Shown: piece by piece, positions 1 through 13,144 of the stretch
Numbering within the stretch: position 1 is the first letter of the stretch
How the letters are laid out: every line of letters begins with the position of its first letter
Assembly: GCA_973851085.1 (NCBI GenBank)
Contig: OZ316776.1
Span: 11,656,001 to 11,720,000 of the forward strand
Source of the DNA: Ptychomitrium polyphyllum
Taxonomy: Eukaryota
Reading direction: 5' to 3'
DNA: 64,000 bases
Notes under the pieces: model-generated
What the model saw: the letters and a program-made list of their open reading frames with translations, nothing else
Told to the model about the DNA's origin: nothing
Database searches by the model: none
Made by a program: the position numbers and the translations under genes

Positions 1-124
1 TAAACCATAGCAGATTCGGCCAAATAAGATGCCCCGATGCAGGTCCATCGTGGCGCTGTCGAGATGAAGAGCTCTATCGGACAAAAAAAATACTTTTGAC
101 ATCCAATTTGGCTTATCTTCAAAC

Positions 125-2147
125 CTAGACGTTGAGGGGGTCTTTGTAACAGGCAGTTGGATTGACTCCATCATAAAAATCAAACCCATAGTTATCAGTG
201 TGCCTGATAACATCGTTGCTCAATCCCGTGCAATAGAGGCCTGTAATACAAGACAACAACGAAAGAGCAGCTTGGTCCTGCCGGTGATTAAATCGATCGG
301 AGCCCTCCGGGGCTATACATTGCCTTGTAATGGAGCACTCGTACCATGGACGAAACAACTTCGTATAGCTGTCGAGAGTGAAGCCAACTCGAGAAGCATC
401 ACAGTTGCGCTGGTGTTTGATGTACCTGTAATCAGCTTGGAAGTATTTCAGCTGCCCTGCATGAGTCCATTGCTCGATTGTTCCTTCAGATTTGTGTCCA
501 CCAAATCCTGTCTCCTTTATCCAGTCTAAGCTTCTGACTAGAGAAACAGGTGTCATAATGCGGCAACCAGCATCGAGCCAGAGGATGAAGCCCCGCTCAC
601 GTAAGACAATGTGAGCCATTATTGCTTTCCATGCATACTCTCCTGCATTCACCAAAAACGATCAATTAAATTAGATCACAAACCTTTCAAGTAGTAATTT
701 GTGAAAACCTTCAACCTTAAACAGAGGATTTAAAGATTCAAGATGGGGGAGTTCAGCACCTTTGCCACCATCGTGAATGGCGATGAGGTCTATATTCAAC
801 CGCATCCAAAACGGGTACTCTTCGAACGGAAACCTGCGAGTCTCGGCCTTCACGCCCAGTGCTTCCAATTCCTGAATCACGCAGTTCAAATACTTCTCCT
901 GTTCTGGGCTAAACTCATACATGGTCCAGGCCACAACGGAGACATTATATCTCTCTCTAACTCTAAAGCTGGACGCCTGCCTCCCTATTGACCTCAAAAG
1001 AAGGAGCCCATACTTGAAGTGATTGCTACTGAAGGCTGTCACTATAGTTGGTCTCCACTCAAGAAGATCGATAGGCTTCTGTGTCAAATCTGGAGTATCT
1101 AAGTAAACTACGTCACGCTCCTTGTAGTACATTTCTCTCGTCCATGCAGGACAAGCTTGCTCGACGTACTTCGTGCTATGCCCGACCACAAGCGTCCTAC
1201 AATCTACCTAAAACATGAGAAGATATAAATTAGCTATAAACGTACATTAAAACATGAATGTTGTGCAAATCAGAAGTATATGTTCAAACTGACCAAAATG
1301 TAGAAGGTGACATGAAATACATATTCTAGAAAGAGATGTAGACTGCCTCTAACAATATATATAGTAATATAGCAATACATAATTATATAGTATTACCGTG
1401 CAACATACAATGAGTCTGCAATCCCAACTCAACGTTAGGTCACGAAACAGAGTTGATCGTAAACATGATGAACTCTAGACTGATGAAAATGAAACCTGCC
1501 AGATCGAGTGATTTTAGTGCTGTGAGCTTACCTCTGATAGGTACAAAGATGATACAAACAACAATTACAGAATAACAGAAGACCAGGTGTAAGAACTAAC
1601 AAACCCGTTGCTCAGAATCCGGCAAGTTGAGGAAACTCTCGCACTTCACATCCGGGCCAAGAGCGTCGCGCGCTAATTTACAGACGATGGAGGTGTAATC
1701 GGTCCTCACCAACACATTTTGCAAGTTAGGTTCCATTACTCCGACTTCCCCTGGCACTTTGGCCACACTTAAGACGCGCTGGAAGATCCGGCGCAGCGTC
1801 CAGTACGGCAGGCGATTGAACGAGGGGACGCCACTGTCATCGCCAATGACGAGCACCACGCATATTTTGTAAGGATAGGTGGTGTTGAGTCCGAAGCGAT
1901 GTATTCTCTCGGGTGGCAGAGCTGCAACCGAATTCGAGCAACCAGAAATTGAGTAGCTATACTGCCAGTAGTAGAAGGTCGCCCCCAGGGAGATCAATGT
2001 TAACAAGAGGAATACTACGAACACCGATTTTTGCACCGGCTTGCACCAAAGTCGCAGCCGCGACGGCAGCCGCGTGCGCGCCATCCGCTTGTTGTCCGAA
2101 TCTGGAAGCTTCTCCTGCTCATGACTGGCGGAGGTTTTAGCTACCAT
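125..2147 (-). CDS. Type II membrane protein with a DUF1647-like (putative glycosyltransferase) C-terminal domain; 3 exons (2147-1605, 1207-760, 642-125), about 502 aa
   Basis: Three ORF pieces join in frame across GT-AG introns. N-terminal TM helix (VFVVFLLLTLISLGATFYYW); motifs IVTAFSSNHF, GEYAWKA, ILWLDAG, CIAPEGSDRFNHRQDQAALS. Family assignment is from recall of motifs. The start Met is uncertain. Confidence 0.75.
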
Positions 2148-3210
2148 GCCTCCCCAGCGAAAAAAGCAACATTCCACACACCCAAGAAACAACATCCAAT
2201 TCCCACCATAGCCGATTCTCTCCTCCGCACAAGACGATCTCCTTCCCAACTAATCTCAACAAACCAAGATCTTCCGATCAACGTTGTTTTGCAACCGAAG
2301 TTGACCTAACTTTCTATCGGCGATCAAAAATCTCTAGCAACAACGGAACTCCTCCATAAAGCCTATTTCCTCGATCAGAAACTGCTCCAAAATCTCTCAA
2401 ATATTACAGTAAAACCGCGTTACCTCGAAAATGTCAAGACTCATGTTTTCACAACCGACTTGCCAGTGGCGGAAACAAAAAACTCTACAATACAGACAAG
2501 ACTCGGCGAAAGACTCTCGTCAACAAGAAAGGACACAACTTGCATGCAACCCTGGTCCCTCCAATCTCTAACCTGCTAAATAAAACACATTGAGGAAAAG
2601 ACCGGAACTAAAGGTCACCATGGCACTAGAATCATGCAATCCGAATAACAACTTCTGAAACACATCCATATATCGATACAACGCACGATCAGATGAATCA
2701 CCTGGGCAAGGCTTGCTTCCCCGGGACAACGCCCACTACTCCAGGCTCCGGAGTGAAGCCTCTCCACATGATGGAGTCACTACGCTGATGTTTTAAGGCC
2801 ACACCTCAAGAACGACCCCACCTTCCCCGGTTACCGACCACACAGAGTGTTTCAAATCCGCTACAGTGCTAGTGTCTGCACGGAAGACAGCCATCCACCA
2901 CTGCACCGCTTCAGTTCATGCTCTGAATCCTCAAAGCACGTCCTGATTGATGCGCACGTACCACAGTTGCACTAGTTGCCATCAGCAACTGTAGCTCATC
3001 TGCACATGCAGCTTATTCATCCCTTCGCAGCTAGCTCCCGACCTCAAATCATGCTCATCAGAGTCCTGGACTCGGAGCTGAAACTGTGCACCAAGTGACG
3101 TGTGGGAACCTAGAACGACGAGCCCTCCTCCATGGTAGAAAGCCGAGCCTCACCGAGGCAGGCTGCGAGCGCGAACTGTTCCAAATTTAAAGACAAAGTC
3201 TGTCTCATGA

Positions 3211-3507
3211 CCTCTCCCTCTCTCCCTCTCTCCCTCTCTCCCTCTCTCCCTCTCTCCCTCTCTCCCTCTCTCCCTCTCGCCCTCTCGCCCTCTCGCCCTC
3301 TCGCCCTCTCCCTCTCTCCCTCTCTCCCTCTCCCCTCTCCCTCTCTCCCTCTCGCCCTCTCGCCGTCTCTCCCTCTCGCCCTCTCGCCCTCTCTCCCTCT
3401 CGCCCTCTCCCCCTCTCCCCCTCTCCCCCTCCCCCTCTCTCCCTCTCCCCCTCTCCCCCTCTCTCCCTCTCCCCCTCTCCCCCTCTCCCCCTCTCCCCCT
3501 CTCCCTC
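3211..3507. repeat. Polypyrimidine/polypurine (CT/GA) low-complexity tract built from 8-mer variants (ctctctcc/ctctcgcc/ctctcccc)
   Basis: About 300 nt of almost only C and T on +, upstream of the DUF1647-like gene. Confidence 0.95.
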
Positions 3508-3936
3508 GCTCGGCAGTCTCCGCTGTCTGCACTGCACTCGAGAGACTGGTTCCAAACTCTTTTTCTTTGTCTGTCCTTTTCCCTTTTACTGCTGCGTTAC
3601 GTGTTGCTGATGTGAGTCGAGCGCGACGACGGCGCCTGGTGCGATGATCACCGTTGACATGCGCCAGCAACGTCAGACAAAACCTGCGGGATTCTGATTT
3701 CTTTGTTGCTCACAACTTGTGTTTCAATGCCACAAAGTTGCACCAATTTGACTTGGCACACATATTTCAATGCATGCGTCTCAGATTTCATTCACTTCCT
3801 AAAGTAAAGAGTATGGTAGTAACAAACGACCCTTGTGTAGATCGGATTTACTAGCGTGAAGCCTCACACTTGTGTTCGCTATGTCATTTGTAGCACTTTG
3901 AAGTTGGATTTGATTTATAATTCAACCAAACACGTT

Positions 3937-4656
3937 TAGTCCATGAAATCTTTAATAGTCCATGAAATCTTTAATAATCCATGAAATCTTTAATAGTCCA
4001 TGAAATCTTTAATAGTCCATGAAATCTTTAATAGTCCATGAAATCTTTAATAGTCCATGAAATCTTTAATAGTCCATGAAATCTTTAATAGTCCATGAAA
4101 TCTTTAATAGTCCATGAAATCTTTAATAGTCCATGAAATCTTTAATAGTCCATGAAATCTTTAATAGTCCATGAAATCTTTAATAGTCCATGAAATCTTT
4201 AATAGTCCATGAAATCTTTAATAGTCCATGAAATCTTTAATAGTCCATGAAATCTTTAATAGTCCATGAAATCTTTAATAGTCCATGAAATCTTTAATAG
4301 TCCATGAAATCTTTAATAGTCCATGAAATCTTTAATAGTCCATGAAATCTTTAATAGTCCATGAAATCTTTAATAGTCCATGAAATCTTTAATAGTCCAT
4401 GAAATCTTTAATAGTCCATGAAATCTTTAATAGTCCATGAAATCTTTAATAGTCCATGAAATCTTTAATAGTCCATGAAATCTTTAATAGTCCATGAAAT
4501 CTTTAATAGTCCATGAAATCTTTAATAGTCCATGAAATCTTTAATAGTCCATGAAATCTTTAATAGTCCATGAAATCTTTAATAGTCCATGAAATCTTTA
4601 ATAGTCCATGAAATCTTTAATAGTCCATGAAATCTTTAATAGTCCATGAAATCTTT
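3937..4656. repeat. Minisatellite, 19-bp unit TAGTCCATGAAATCTTTAA, about 38 copies
   Basis: Head-to-tail copies with no spacers; one variant copy (TAATCC) near the left end. Confidence 0.98.
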
Positions 4657-4665
4657 TGTTATACG

Positions 4666-5050
4666 GTATTTGTTATCTGGTATTTTTTAGACTCTAACAT
4701 GTATTTGTTATCTGGTATTTTTTAGACTCTAACATGTATTTGTTATCTGGTATTTTTTAGACTCTAACATGTATTTGTTATCTGGTATTTTTTAGACTCT
4801 AACATGTATTTGTTATCTGGTATTTTTTAGACTCTAACATGTATTTGTTATCTGGTATTTTTTAGACTCTAACATGTATTTGTTATCTGGTATTTTTTAG
4901 ACTCTAACATGTATTTGTTATCTGGTATTTTTTAGACTCTAACATGTATTTGTTATCTGGTATTTTTTAGACTCTAACATGTATTTGTTATCTGGTATTT
5001 TTTAGACTCTAACATGTATTTGTTATCTGGTATTTTTTAGACTCTAACAT
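4666..5050. repeat. Minisatellite, 35-bp unit GTATTTGTTATCTGGTATTTTTTAGACTCTAACAT, 11 copies
   Basis: Perfect head-to-tail copies starting 9 bp after the 19-bp array. Confidence 0.98.
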
Positions 5051-5104
5051 GCTAAACGTAACAAGCTAACCTCAAGCTATGACGATATGCAAGTAAAAGA
5101 TATG

Positions 5105-5177
5105 CACTCCCGGTGGGACTCGAACCCACAATCCCCTGATTAGAAGTCAGATGCCTTATCCATTAGGCCACGGGAGC
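5105..5177 (-). tRNA. trnR-UCU: tRNA-Arg (anticodon UCU), no intron
   Basis: Minus strand reads GCTCCCGTGGCCTAATGGATAAGGCATCTGACTTCTAATCAGGGGATTGTGGGTTCGAGTCCCACCGGGAGTG. Acceptor stem GCTCCCG/CGGGAGT, A and B boxes, anticodon loop CT-TCT-AA, T4 run just downstream. Confidence 0.97.
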
Positions 5178-6772
5178 TCACATATCTCCTATGTTGCACT
5201 GTATAGGTATTAAATATTATGCAAATGAGCTTCTACAGATCATAATAGCTGACTAAAAGTCACTATTCGTGACCTTGAAGTATCTGGCTCTCGGATTATA
5301 AGGAAGTTCTTCTCCCGGTCTACAGCTGAGACCAGGCTTAAGCAGTAAGTAAGAAGTTGCCTTGTACCGTATCAGGTAAAATATCACGCTTGTTGGACCG
5401 GACAACAATCCTGCGAAGCAGAACCAGGGTGTGCAAAGTTTATGCAAACTCAAGTCTGGACGACCGAAGTGTCGACGGTAATATCTACGGGTGGAAAACT
5501 GCAACTGGTAGTGCTTTGCATTCATCTCGGAGGAGGACATTGTGTAACTGTTGCTGTCTAACCATCTACCAGTCCACCACCACTGACAAGAGTCTCTTTC
5601 CCCATATCTGTTCACTTTGTTTCTGCAGAAACCAGTATCCGAATGCTCTCTCAGTTAATGTCTCAATAAAGGAAGGAGGGTTATCTACAGCGTCCTTCAA
5701 TAATGTTGTGTTCAGAGTCATCAGTTCCAAAATCACATTGCACTCTCAGAGATTGTCCAAGTGATAGATTGTGAAGTGCGTTGCAAAGGTAGTTAAGTCT
5801 ATTTTAAAAAGTAACAAAGTTTTACAATGAGATTGTGAAATCATACTATAGAGGTTTTTATGACACGTTGCTAGCGTGCTAGCACTGAGAATTTCAACCG
5901 TATCTACAGATACATCTTTCTAAGCTGCTTGAACACATTTAACCAATTCTCTTTTATTATTGGGCAATAGATAATTTCGATGATAGCTTTTTGAAATGCT
6001 GTTGAGGTTTGTGCTTGTGCTTTGTGACAAAATTCCATGCCAAGAATTGGACACTCCATGAACAATCAAAAGCAATCACTTGTAACTTTGCAAAAATGAA
6101 GGCGAGGTCATCAGCAGAAGATTCGCAGAATATTGTTGCAACATATGTTCATTAGTAGAATATTGTTGCAACATGATAGTAGAGTTCTTAGCATAATGAA
6201 TTCGGATCAAATGTTAAAAATAATTTGTAAAAATCATCAAGGGGCTTATAAAGTAGTATCTCTAGATATGATTGAAACAATCATTCCTAGCATGCCTTTC
6301 CATATGGTGGCCGTAATTAGTACAGGTGGTGTTAGCAATAGATGGTAAACAATGTGTCATAAAAAGCTCTATTGATAAATGATTTTGCAATCTCATTGTT
6401 AAAATACTTTGTTTGCCTTTCCAACGCACTTTACAAATTTTCATTTGCACAATATGGACAGTGAATATAAACATAACATTATTGAAGGATACTCCACAAC
6501 ATTGTCAATCTACATGGAAATGAATGTCATAATTAATGAAACCATCGCGTCCATGACCAAATCGATAAAAATAAGGATAGGTAGAAATAGAGTTCATTTC
6601 TTAAGACAACTGCCTGGATATTGGGCAACAGGACACAGCAGTTGTGTATATTATACATGCACCAACACAACATTGAGCGTGAATCACAAATGTTGCAATC
6701 TCCGAGCTGATGAGGAAATGAAACTTTCAAGTGTAGAAGAATGGAGATATTCCAAGATCAGAAGTTATCATC

Positions 6773-9700
6773 TTAATCCCAAGAGTGCTGTTCATCGTAC
6801 CACCGTGTCTTAATAGTGCAATCGTGCGAGCAGCTGCATACCCACTACAAGTGTCAAATTTTTGACTGAAATCGGCAAGTGTGATCTAGCTGGCATGAGC
6901 AATTGCCAGGTGCCTTCCACTAGCATTTATGGTTGAATTGGAAGCGTCCTGCAGTAGCGACTTACTCATCGTGGAGAAATGCTGAAGGTGCTATCTCATG
7001 AGGAGACTTTGATGGGTATTTCAGACAGCTCGATAAGCAATATCACTATGGCTGACAGAGCTGTGACTGCCTAGCCTCTGAAGTATCTCTCCTGTTGCTG
7101 CATCCCAGATGTATACAAGACCATCCTGATACAGACGGTGCAAGAGATAGCTGATTTAGAACTTGCACTATTTAGCAATTTGCAGAGCTTCATAGCAGCT
7201 AGATTGACTAAGGAGAAGTATTAACTACTAGCTATGTCAGAAACCATAAGACCGGATACAATGATGAAAAGTACCTCGGAACTGCCAACAACAAGACTCA
7301 TCAGGTCCAAAACTCGCCTGCACAAAGTTTTTACTTGTGTTTTGGTGGCCTTTGATCCTCTTTATAGGTCGTGCCTAGAGACAACGTCACGTAATCCAAT
7401 CGTTTCGTCTTGAATAACATTATCTAGAAGAGTTGATTGAACGTTTTTAAGAAAAGTAGAAAGAACCGATTTCGCCGCACAATAACAGATAATAGAATAT
7501 AAGACGAAAAATCTGAAATACACTTCAGGAAGAAAACTGACCAATCGCACATCCCAAAATCAATTAGAATTATCCTTGGACCCGCTTAAGAGAAAATCAC
7601 CAGCTTTGTTCATCTCAACTGATGTTACTTCTGCAGCCAGCTAATAAGAGCATATAATTGTTACAATGAGTCTAATCAGCACTACACAGATATCAGAATA
7701 CTTCACTCTATATCTAAAGGGGACTGATGCAAAATAACTGAACACCTCCCAAATGAGAGCTGTATGTTTTCACGCAAACTCCCCTCACGAGATCCTAAAA
7801 CTTAATCGTGCTGTCCTTCGACCTGTCAACGTAGAGACCCAAGATTTAGTCACTTCTAATTCATCCGCAAATTAAATTGCACATCGCCAGATCCTAATTT
7901 TTTGTGCTTGGAATCTTTTCCCATTAATGCAGGACAATAATGCTCGCACACTAATGACAAGGTTGCCCAAAGGATTGAAAATAACACGAGACAGATGACT
8001 TGTGCCCACTGAATGTGTGCAATAATGCACGAGTCCTAGCATCCCAAAGCTTCACAGTTTTATCATATTCACCTGTCACAACGTAATTCTGCACAAACAA
8101 CACATCATCAGATTTATACAGAAGATTTCGCATCAAGACAATCCATGAATTAAGCTTTCCAGAAATAGAGAAGAAAGGTACATTAGATTGATGGTATTTA
8201 ACACTGTAAACATCATCCTCGTGCCCTGTCAGAGTTGCTGAGCATGGGGATTTGTTTGACCCTCGCAAGTTCCAAAACTGCAGGAACCCACTTCAACGTT
8301 AGCACACAATCTTTTAGTAAACCATAAAGTGATACTTCCATCCCTTGCTAAAGAATTGCAATCAAGACTTGTACCTTAACAGTGGAATCCCCAGAAGCAC
8401 TAGCAATGAAGCCACCGCTACTACTGGAAGTCACATCCCAGATTCGAGATGTATGACCTCCTCCACTGCCAAGCTCTCCATCACCCAAAACTCGTACACA
8501 ACGACCATCTTCAACATCCCATATTCGCAGTGTGTTGTCACTGCATGTCCAATTACAAAAAGTAATAACTATGTCACAACCTGCTGTAAGTTCTTTCTCT
8601 GGGTAGTACCAGAGCAAAGAGCGTTAAGTGCAAAAGCGCATGAGCACGAACAAAAAGGAATTATGATAGGATGTATGATATGACATACTTGACATTGAAG
8701 CGATGGCGACGAAATATGCTCTTGTGCGCATTGGGAAGAACAAAGCACGAATAATCCTCAAGCAATCTGCCAGAACCACTGTTCTCTTATGAATGCTGCC
8801 GCCTACAACATTCCCCTGCCCCTGTCCATCATCAGACCCTGTTTCTTACCATCAACATCTTCCCACCTGACCCGATGGGGGGGGTGGAGAATATAACCCA
8901 AAAGTCGATAAGTAAGATGGAACTGCTCAACAACAGATAACAAAACTAAAATAAAGAAACATGTGACAAGAGAGGCACATGTATATGGAGGAAAAGATAT
9001 TTACGTCGGGACACTAGGAACAACTTTGAGATGATATCTACTGAACTCGATCTGGTACCGCACTGCCTGTTTCAACAAATGAAGCAACCTCTGTGGTTGC
9101 ACCTCGTGCCTCGCAACTTTTTCACAACGCCACAAGTTCCATATAACAGATCAGAAACTTCCCCCAACCTGAGATCTGCATCAGTAAGTTGTAAGGCAGG
9201 CGCTCTGTATAGACCCACTTCTGAAGAATCTGAAGCCAGTGCATACTCCACAACATCAAATTAGAGCCAGCATGTTCAAATTGCGATGCCTCTGGAGTCT
9301 ACGTACCATATCCAATAATCGTTCAACAATCTAGTAACTTATCTTAAGATCTAACTTCTCAGCTGATGTCATCAAACCCTCGTCTGCAACAGGATGGCCA
9401 GATTTAACGACTGTAATCCAGATTGATCATTTACAAATTCAGGCTCAACAAGAATCTCCGCTCAGCAGCTAGCGAACATTATAGTAATTTCACCCCGCAA
9501 GAATTATCATCTACACGAAGTCCCCTGAATTATAATATGAGGAAATCCTCTTCGGTGCTTACTTACGATGTTACTGCACAAAGAAATAGCACTCCCCTAA
9601 CCTACTTACAGAGCTCAACTCGACCGTATCGCATATATCAAACGCATTGCAAAATCATTGTTCTCCAGCATAGAAAAGAACCGTTCCACAAACTTTTCTC

Positions 9701-11271
9701 TGGAGAGGATGCAGAACCAAAAATTTAAGAGACGCACACACGGTCTACAACTTTAAAATCCACGCCTCACTCGACTTTTCAACAAATAAGATCCAAGCTC
9801 GTCATGTTCTCTTACCCAGCCCATCACTTACCTGTACTCAGCATATACACTTCTGACTCAATAATCCAATAATATGCACTATACACTTAAAAGGGCTCTA
9901 AGAACTATAAATCTCAAATATGATCTAAAATAGCGTGTTGAACTTTAGTATCACCAATGAAGGAAGGAGCAAATGAGAAGTACCGAGAACTTGCAACACC
10001 CTCCCAACTCGAAGGGTGCATCTTGCATAGATTTGCAGGTCAAGAGTTAACACAAGTCCTTAAACTCGTTGTTCAAACTTCCGATCTGCTCCAACGGTTT
10101 CAACCACTTAGTTAATAATGCAAAGGCCTGCATGAAAGCGTGAAATACAAGAATTTGATCTGTGAATTCTGAAACAGGAAGACAAATAAGAATCTGCTGT
10201 AGTTTTAGAGAGACAAAACTGCTTCTCTGTAAAGTTTCGCGATCTGAGGGCCAGGGAATAAGTGCGAGTACCTTTTCATATTCGAGCTGCTCGATGGGCT
10301 CAAGATACTGCTGCTTATAGACAGTAAAACGAAAGTGCTTGTGGTCTTTCAGAGGAACTTTCTAAACCAACTTCTCCATCTCAACCCACTCACCGTCTAC
10401 ACAACATAATCAAAACCAACATTACAGAACTGATCCACTCTCTCGCCCCCTCCAAACAACTCAATTTCTGGAACACCATAAGCTGACTTTTCAGGAAGTT
10501 ATGAGAGGAGCAACATGCCCAAGATAGCCTCCTTGATGCGCTAGAAATGTGACCGGTTGCGTAAATTCTCCATGAAGCTCACACTTGCTTCGTCCTGTAT
10601 GGTCATGATGGATGCAGTGTAACCCTCGTCCTGAAGATACTGGACTATCATTCGAACCACATCCTGCAATCACATGCTCTAAACCTTGTCATAATTCGCA
10701 ACAAGATCATAAACGCCAGCTTTTGTGAATATGGTTGCGTGATTTGGCATAATCACCTCTTTAATTTTAGGATCAGCGTGGTCGAAGCTTGCATCGTCAT
10801 TGCCGATTGTCCGCCGTGGTGGCCCTGCGTGGACTCTCTGTCAGGTCCGCATAGCCACTCCCATTTGCTTCCTGCCTGCAGTCAGACATAAAAATGACAG
10901 AACACTAGATGATGCTAAATTGTAAGACAAAATGCTTAAGGAAAAAAATGCAAGACATCTCTGATTCAACTTTCCCATGAAGCGTACAAGAACTTCACAG
11001 ATTATTTTTTGAGGCCAAGAAGGTAAAATCGAATGATGCAGGGCCTCTGAAAAAAAATTCTGCTTTCCAAGCATCTGAGAGCCACAACTGCTGGTGGTTG
11101 TCTTGGTTTTCGAATACACCTCACCAGCGAGCACATTGCGTGACACAAGAGGGGCTGGAAAATCTTTTCAAGGACCAAGCAACGACGCCATGGAAGTACA
11201 TTCCCATGGAAGGCGCACCTGGACGCTGACGAGGACGGAACCTGATCACGCGAGGGCGTTGAATTTGCCAT
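6773..11271 (-). pseudogene. Unprocessed pseudogene of a LisH-CTLH-WD40 protein (WDR26/WDR47/SMU1-like architecture)
   Basis: Exon remnants: DVVRMIVQYLQDEGYTASIMTIQDEA (LisH), FRFTVYKQQYLE (CTLH), RLLHLLKQAVRYQIEFSRY, and WD40 repeats (DNTLRIWD, SASGDSTVK, GHEDDVYSV, YDKTVKLWD, SGSKDNSN*FWD, GHQNTSKNFV, DGLVYIWD, CSHDCTIKT). Several in-frame stops and frameshifts. Confidence 0.85.
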
Positions 11272-12250
11272 CTCTCGCCCCCTAACTCCAGCTCTCACAC
11301 GAGCATCTTCGATCCAAAGTCTAGCTTCTTCTCGAGCTCCAGCCGTGACGCTATTCCTAAACGCACGTGATTCACGAAATGTCTTGCAAGTCCCAACCCT
11401 TCTCACAACTGCTCCAGTTGATAGTCGACCCCAAATGCCTGCGGCCTCAGACTCACAATATCTCTCCACACAGAATCTAAACCCCACCTCCAACACATGA
11501 GCTCGCTGCATCCCAAATGGCACTCCAGATGCCCGGCACAGACACAGGTGGTTTCATTCCCAAAAATAGAACTCACCCTCTCTTTTGCAGGAGGTCCTTT
11601 CCTTATCATTCCAAAGAGGAGCCCTGACACCGATGATGAACGTGGAAGGAAGGCTTCGCTTCGCATGGACGAATGAAGGCTGGTTGTGAGTTTGATCCTT
11701 CCCGCCGCTGGACACTGGGAAACGTCGAGGCCGGAGTAGTGTAGCATGGTATTTGAAGGAATCTGATGGTTTTGCATATGAAGAAGGGGCCCTGCTCTTG
11801 AGAATTCAGTAGTACCTTGTAGAGATCGCATATCTGAAGAATAATCAACGTGTTGTTGGAAATCATCGCGTTAAATGTATCGTTGGAGGCCGGAAGCAGA
11901 CGGGTTCTTGAGCTGCGGAGGCGATTAGTGAGCTCTGCTTTAAGTCGTTCGTTGATTCCGTTTTAGACGAACAATTCAAAGGTATGATGTCAAGGATTAC
12001 AGCCTGTCGTTTCTATGCTTCCCTTTGGTGATGGTGAGCAGCCTTGTGGGTTTCTGTTCAAAGGAGTGGGAGTGGAATAAAGCGTGTCAGGTAGTTTGTT
12101 CTTTCAATTCCAAACACTTATACCCAAACCTGATAGCAGACTAGGCACTTGATTGCCATTTTTTGTTTGAATTTTCAGTGATGTTGTAGACTGGGCAGTG
12201 GTGGATAGTGCCTAGGGTTTGTGCCTGAAACGACCACTGTACCATCAGAC

Positions 12251-13144
12251 ATGCAGATACCAGTCAGATGCAGCTGCGGCGAGTGCAAGGAGTGGGCAAT
12301 GGTGGAGCTCCAGGGCTCGCTGGAGATTCAACACTCGACTAGTCTGCACAATCTCACCATTGGCTCCCTCTGCCGCACTTCCACGGTACATATTGGCTCA
12401 ATTCAATATCGTCCCTCATCTTTTCGTAGCCAAGAATCTCTAGCGTAATGTGTGTGCGTGGCGGAAAGTTCTGGTGATAGTTCTGTTCGTTGACTCTTGC
12501 AATAGGTTTGCATCGTTTTAGGTTTCCATGAAAAGATGAAAATTAAGCTTTGGAGATGGAGCCACATACAGGAATCCTCGATGAGTTTCGAGCTTCGTTA
12601 ACAAGAAATGGATGTCGCCATCTATGTTTAACATGCAGAGCACATACAAGTTCGTTATCGGCTACCATGAGGTCGAAGGGACAAAAGTGACGTTGAAGAA
12701 GCCTCTCGTGATTCTGAAGAAGTTGAAGGGCACCGATGATATGGAGGTCGACACCGTTGCCTCTGGTGATCCAACCCTGTCGATATCTGCTCCGGTGGAG
12801 ATGCATGTAGTTGGCGTCATTCGGCACAAACTTCTCTTCAAGAGCAGGCCGAAGGCTCTCATCTCTAGTAAGTTTAGCTCTATCAACACTATATGCATCT
12901 TGTAATACAAGAAAACGTCAATCTGTTCGGATACTAGACTCTTTTTCCATGTGCAAATTGCAGGGCAATCACAAAACCGTTGTTCCACAGTATCGATATC
13001 CTTTCTTTTACTGATGTGAGAAGATACTCTGTAAATTTCTGTAAAAATGTGGGCTTTCGGGTTGGAATTTTTGCAGAACAAGAGGTGAAACCAAAGAAGC
13101 AGCGTACATTGCCTGGTCCCCTTGCAGCTCAATCTGCTACATAA
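12251..13144 (+). CDS. CTF8: Chromosome transmission fidelity protein 8 (CTF18-RFC subunit); exons 12251-12385, 12639-12867, 13077-13144
   Basis: EWAMVELQG, IGYHEVEGTKVTLKKPLVIL and VVGVIRHKLLFKSRPKAL match the Ctf8 family; exons join in frame via GT-AG introns. Confidence 0.9.

Noticed and set aside
3110..3670. ORFs encoding GRE/SPL-rich peptides
   Set aside because: They are translations of the CT/GA low-complexity tract, which lacks stop codons.
3937..5050. CRISPR-like appearance of the short repeat arrays (also 62899-63158)
   Set aside because: Units are directly adjacent with no unique spacers, there are no cas genes, and the context is eukaryotic.
6127..6174. Duplicated 18-mer AGAATATTGTTGCAACAT containing the palindrome TGTTGCAACA
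   Set aside because: Consistent with a simple 30-bp local duplication; no further support for a function.
11272..11866. ORFs of 86-173 aa on the minus strand upstream of the pseudogene start
   Set aside because: No recognisable domain; probably leader/promoter sequence between the pseudogene and CTF8.
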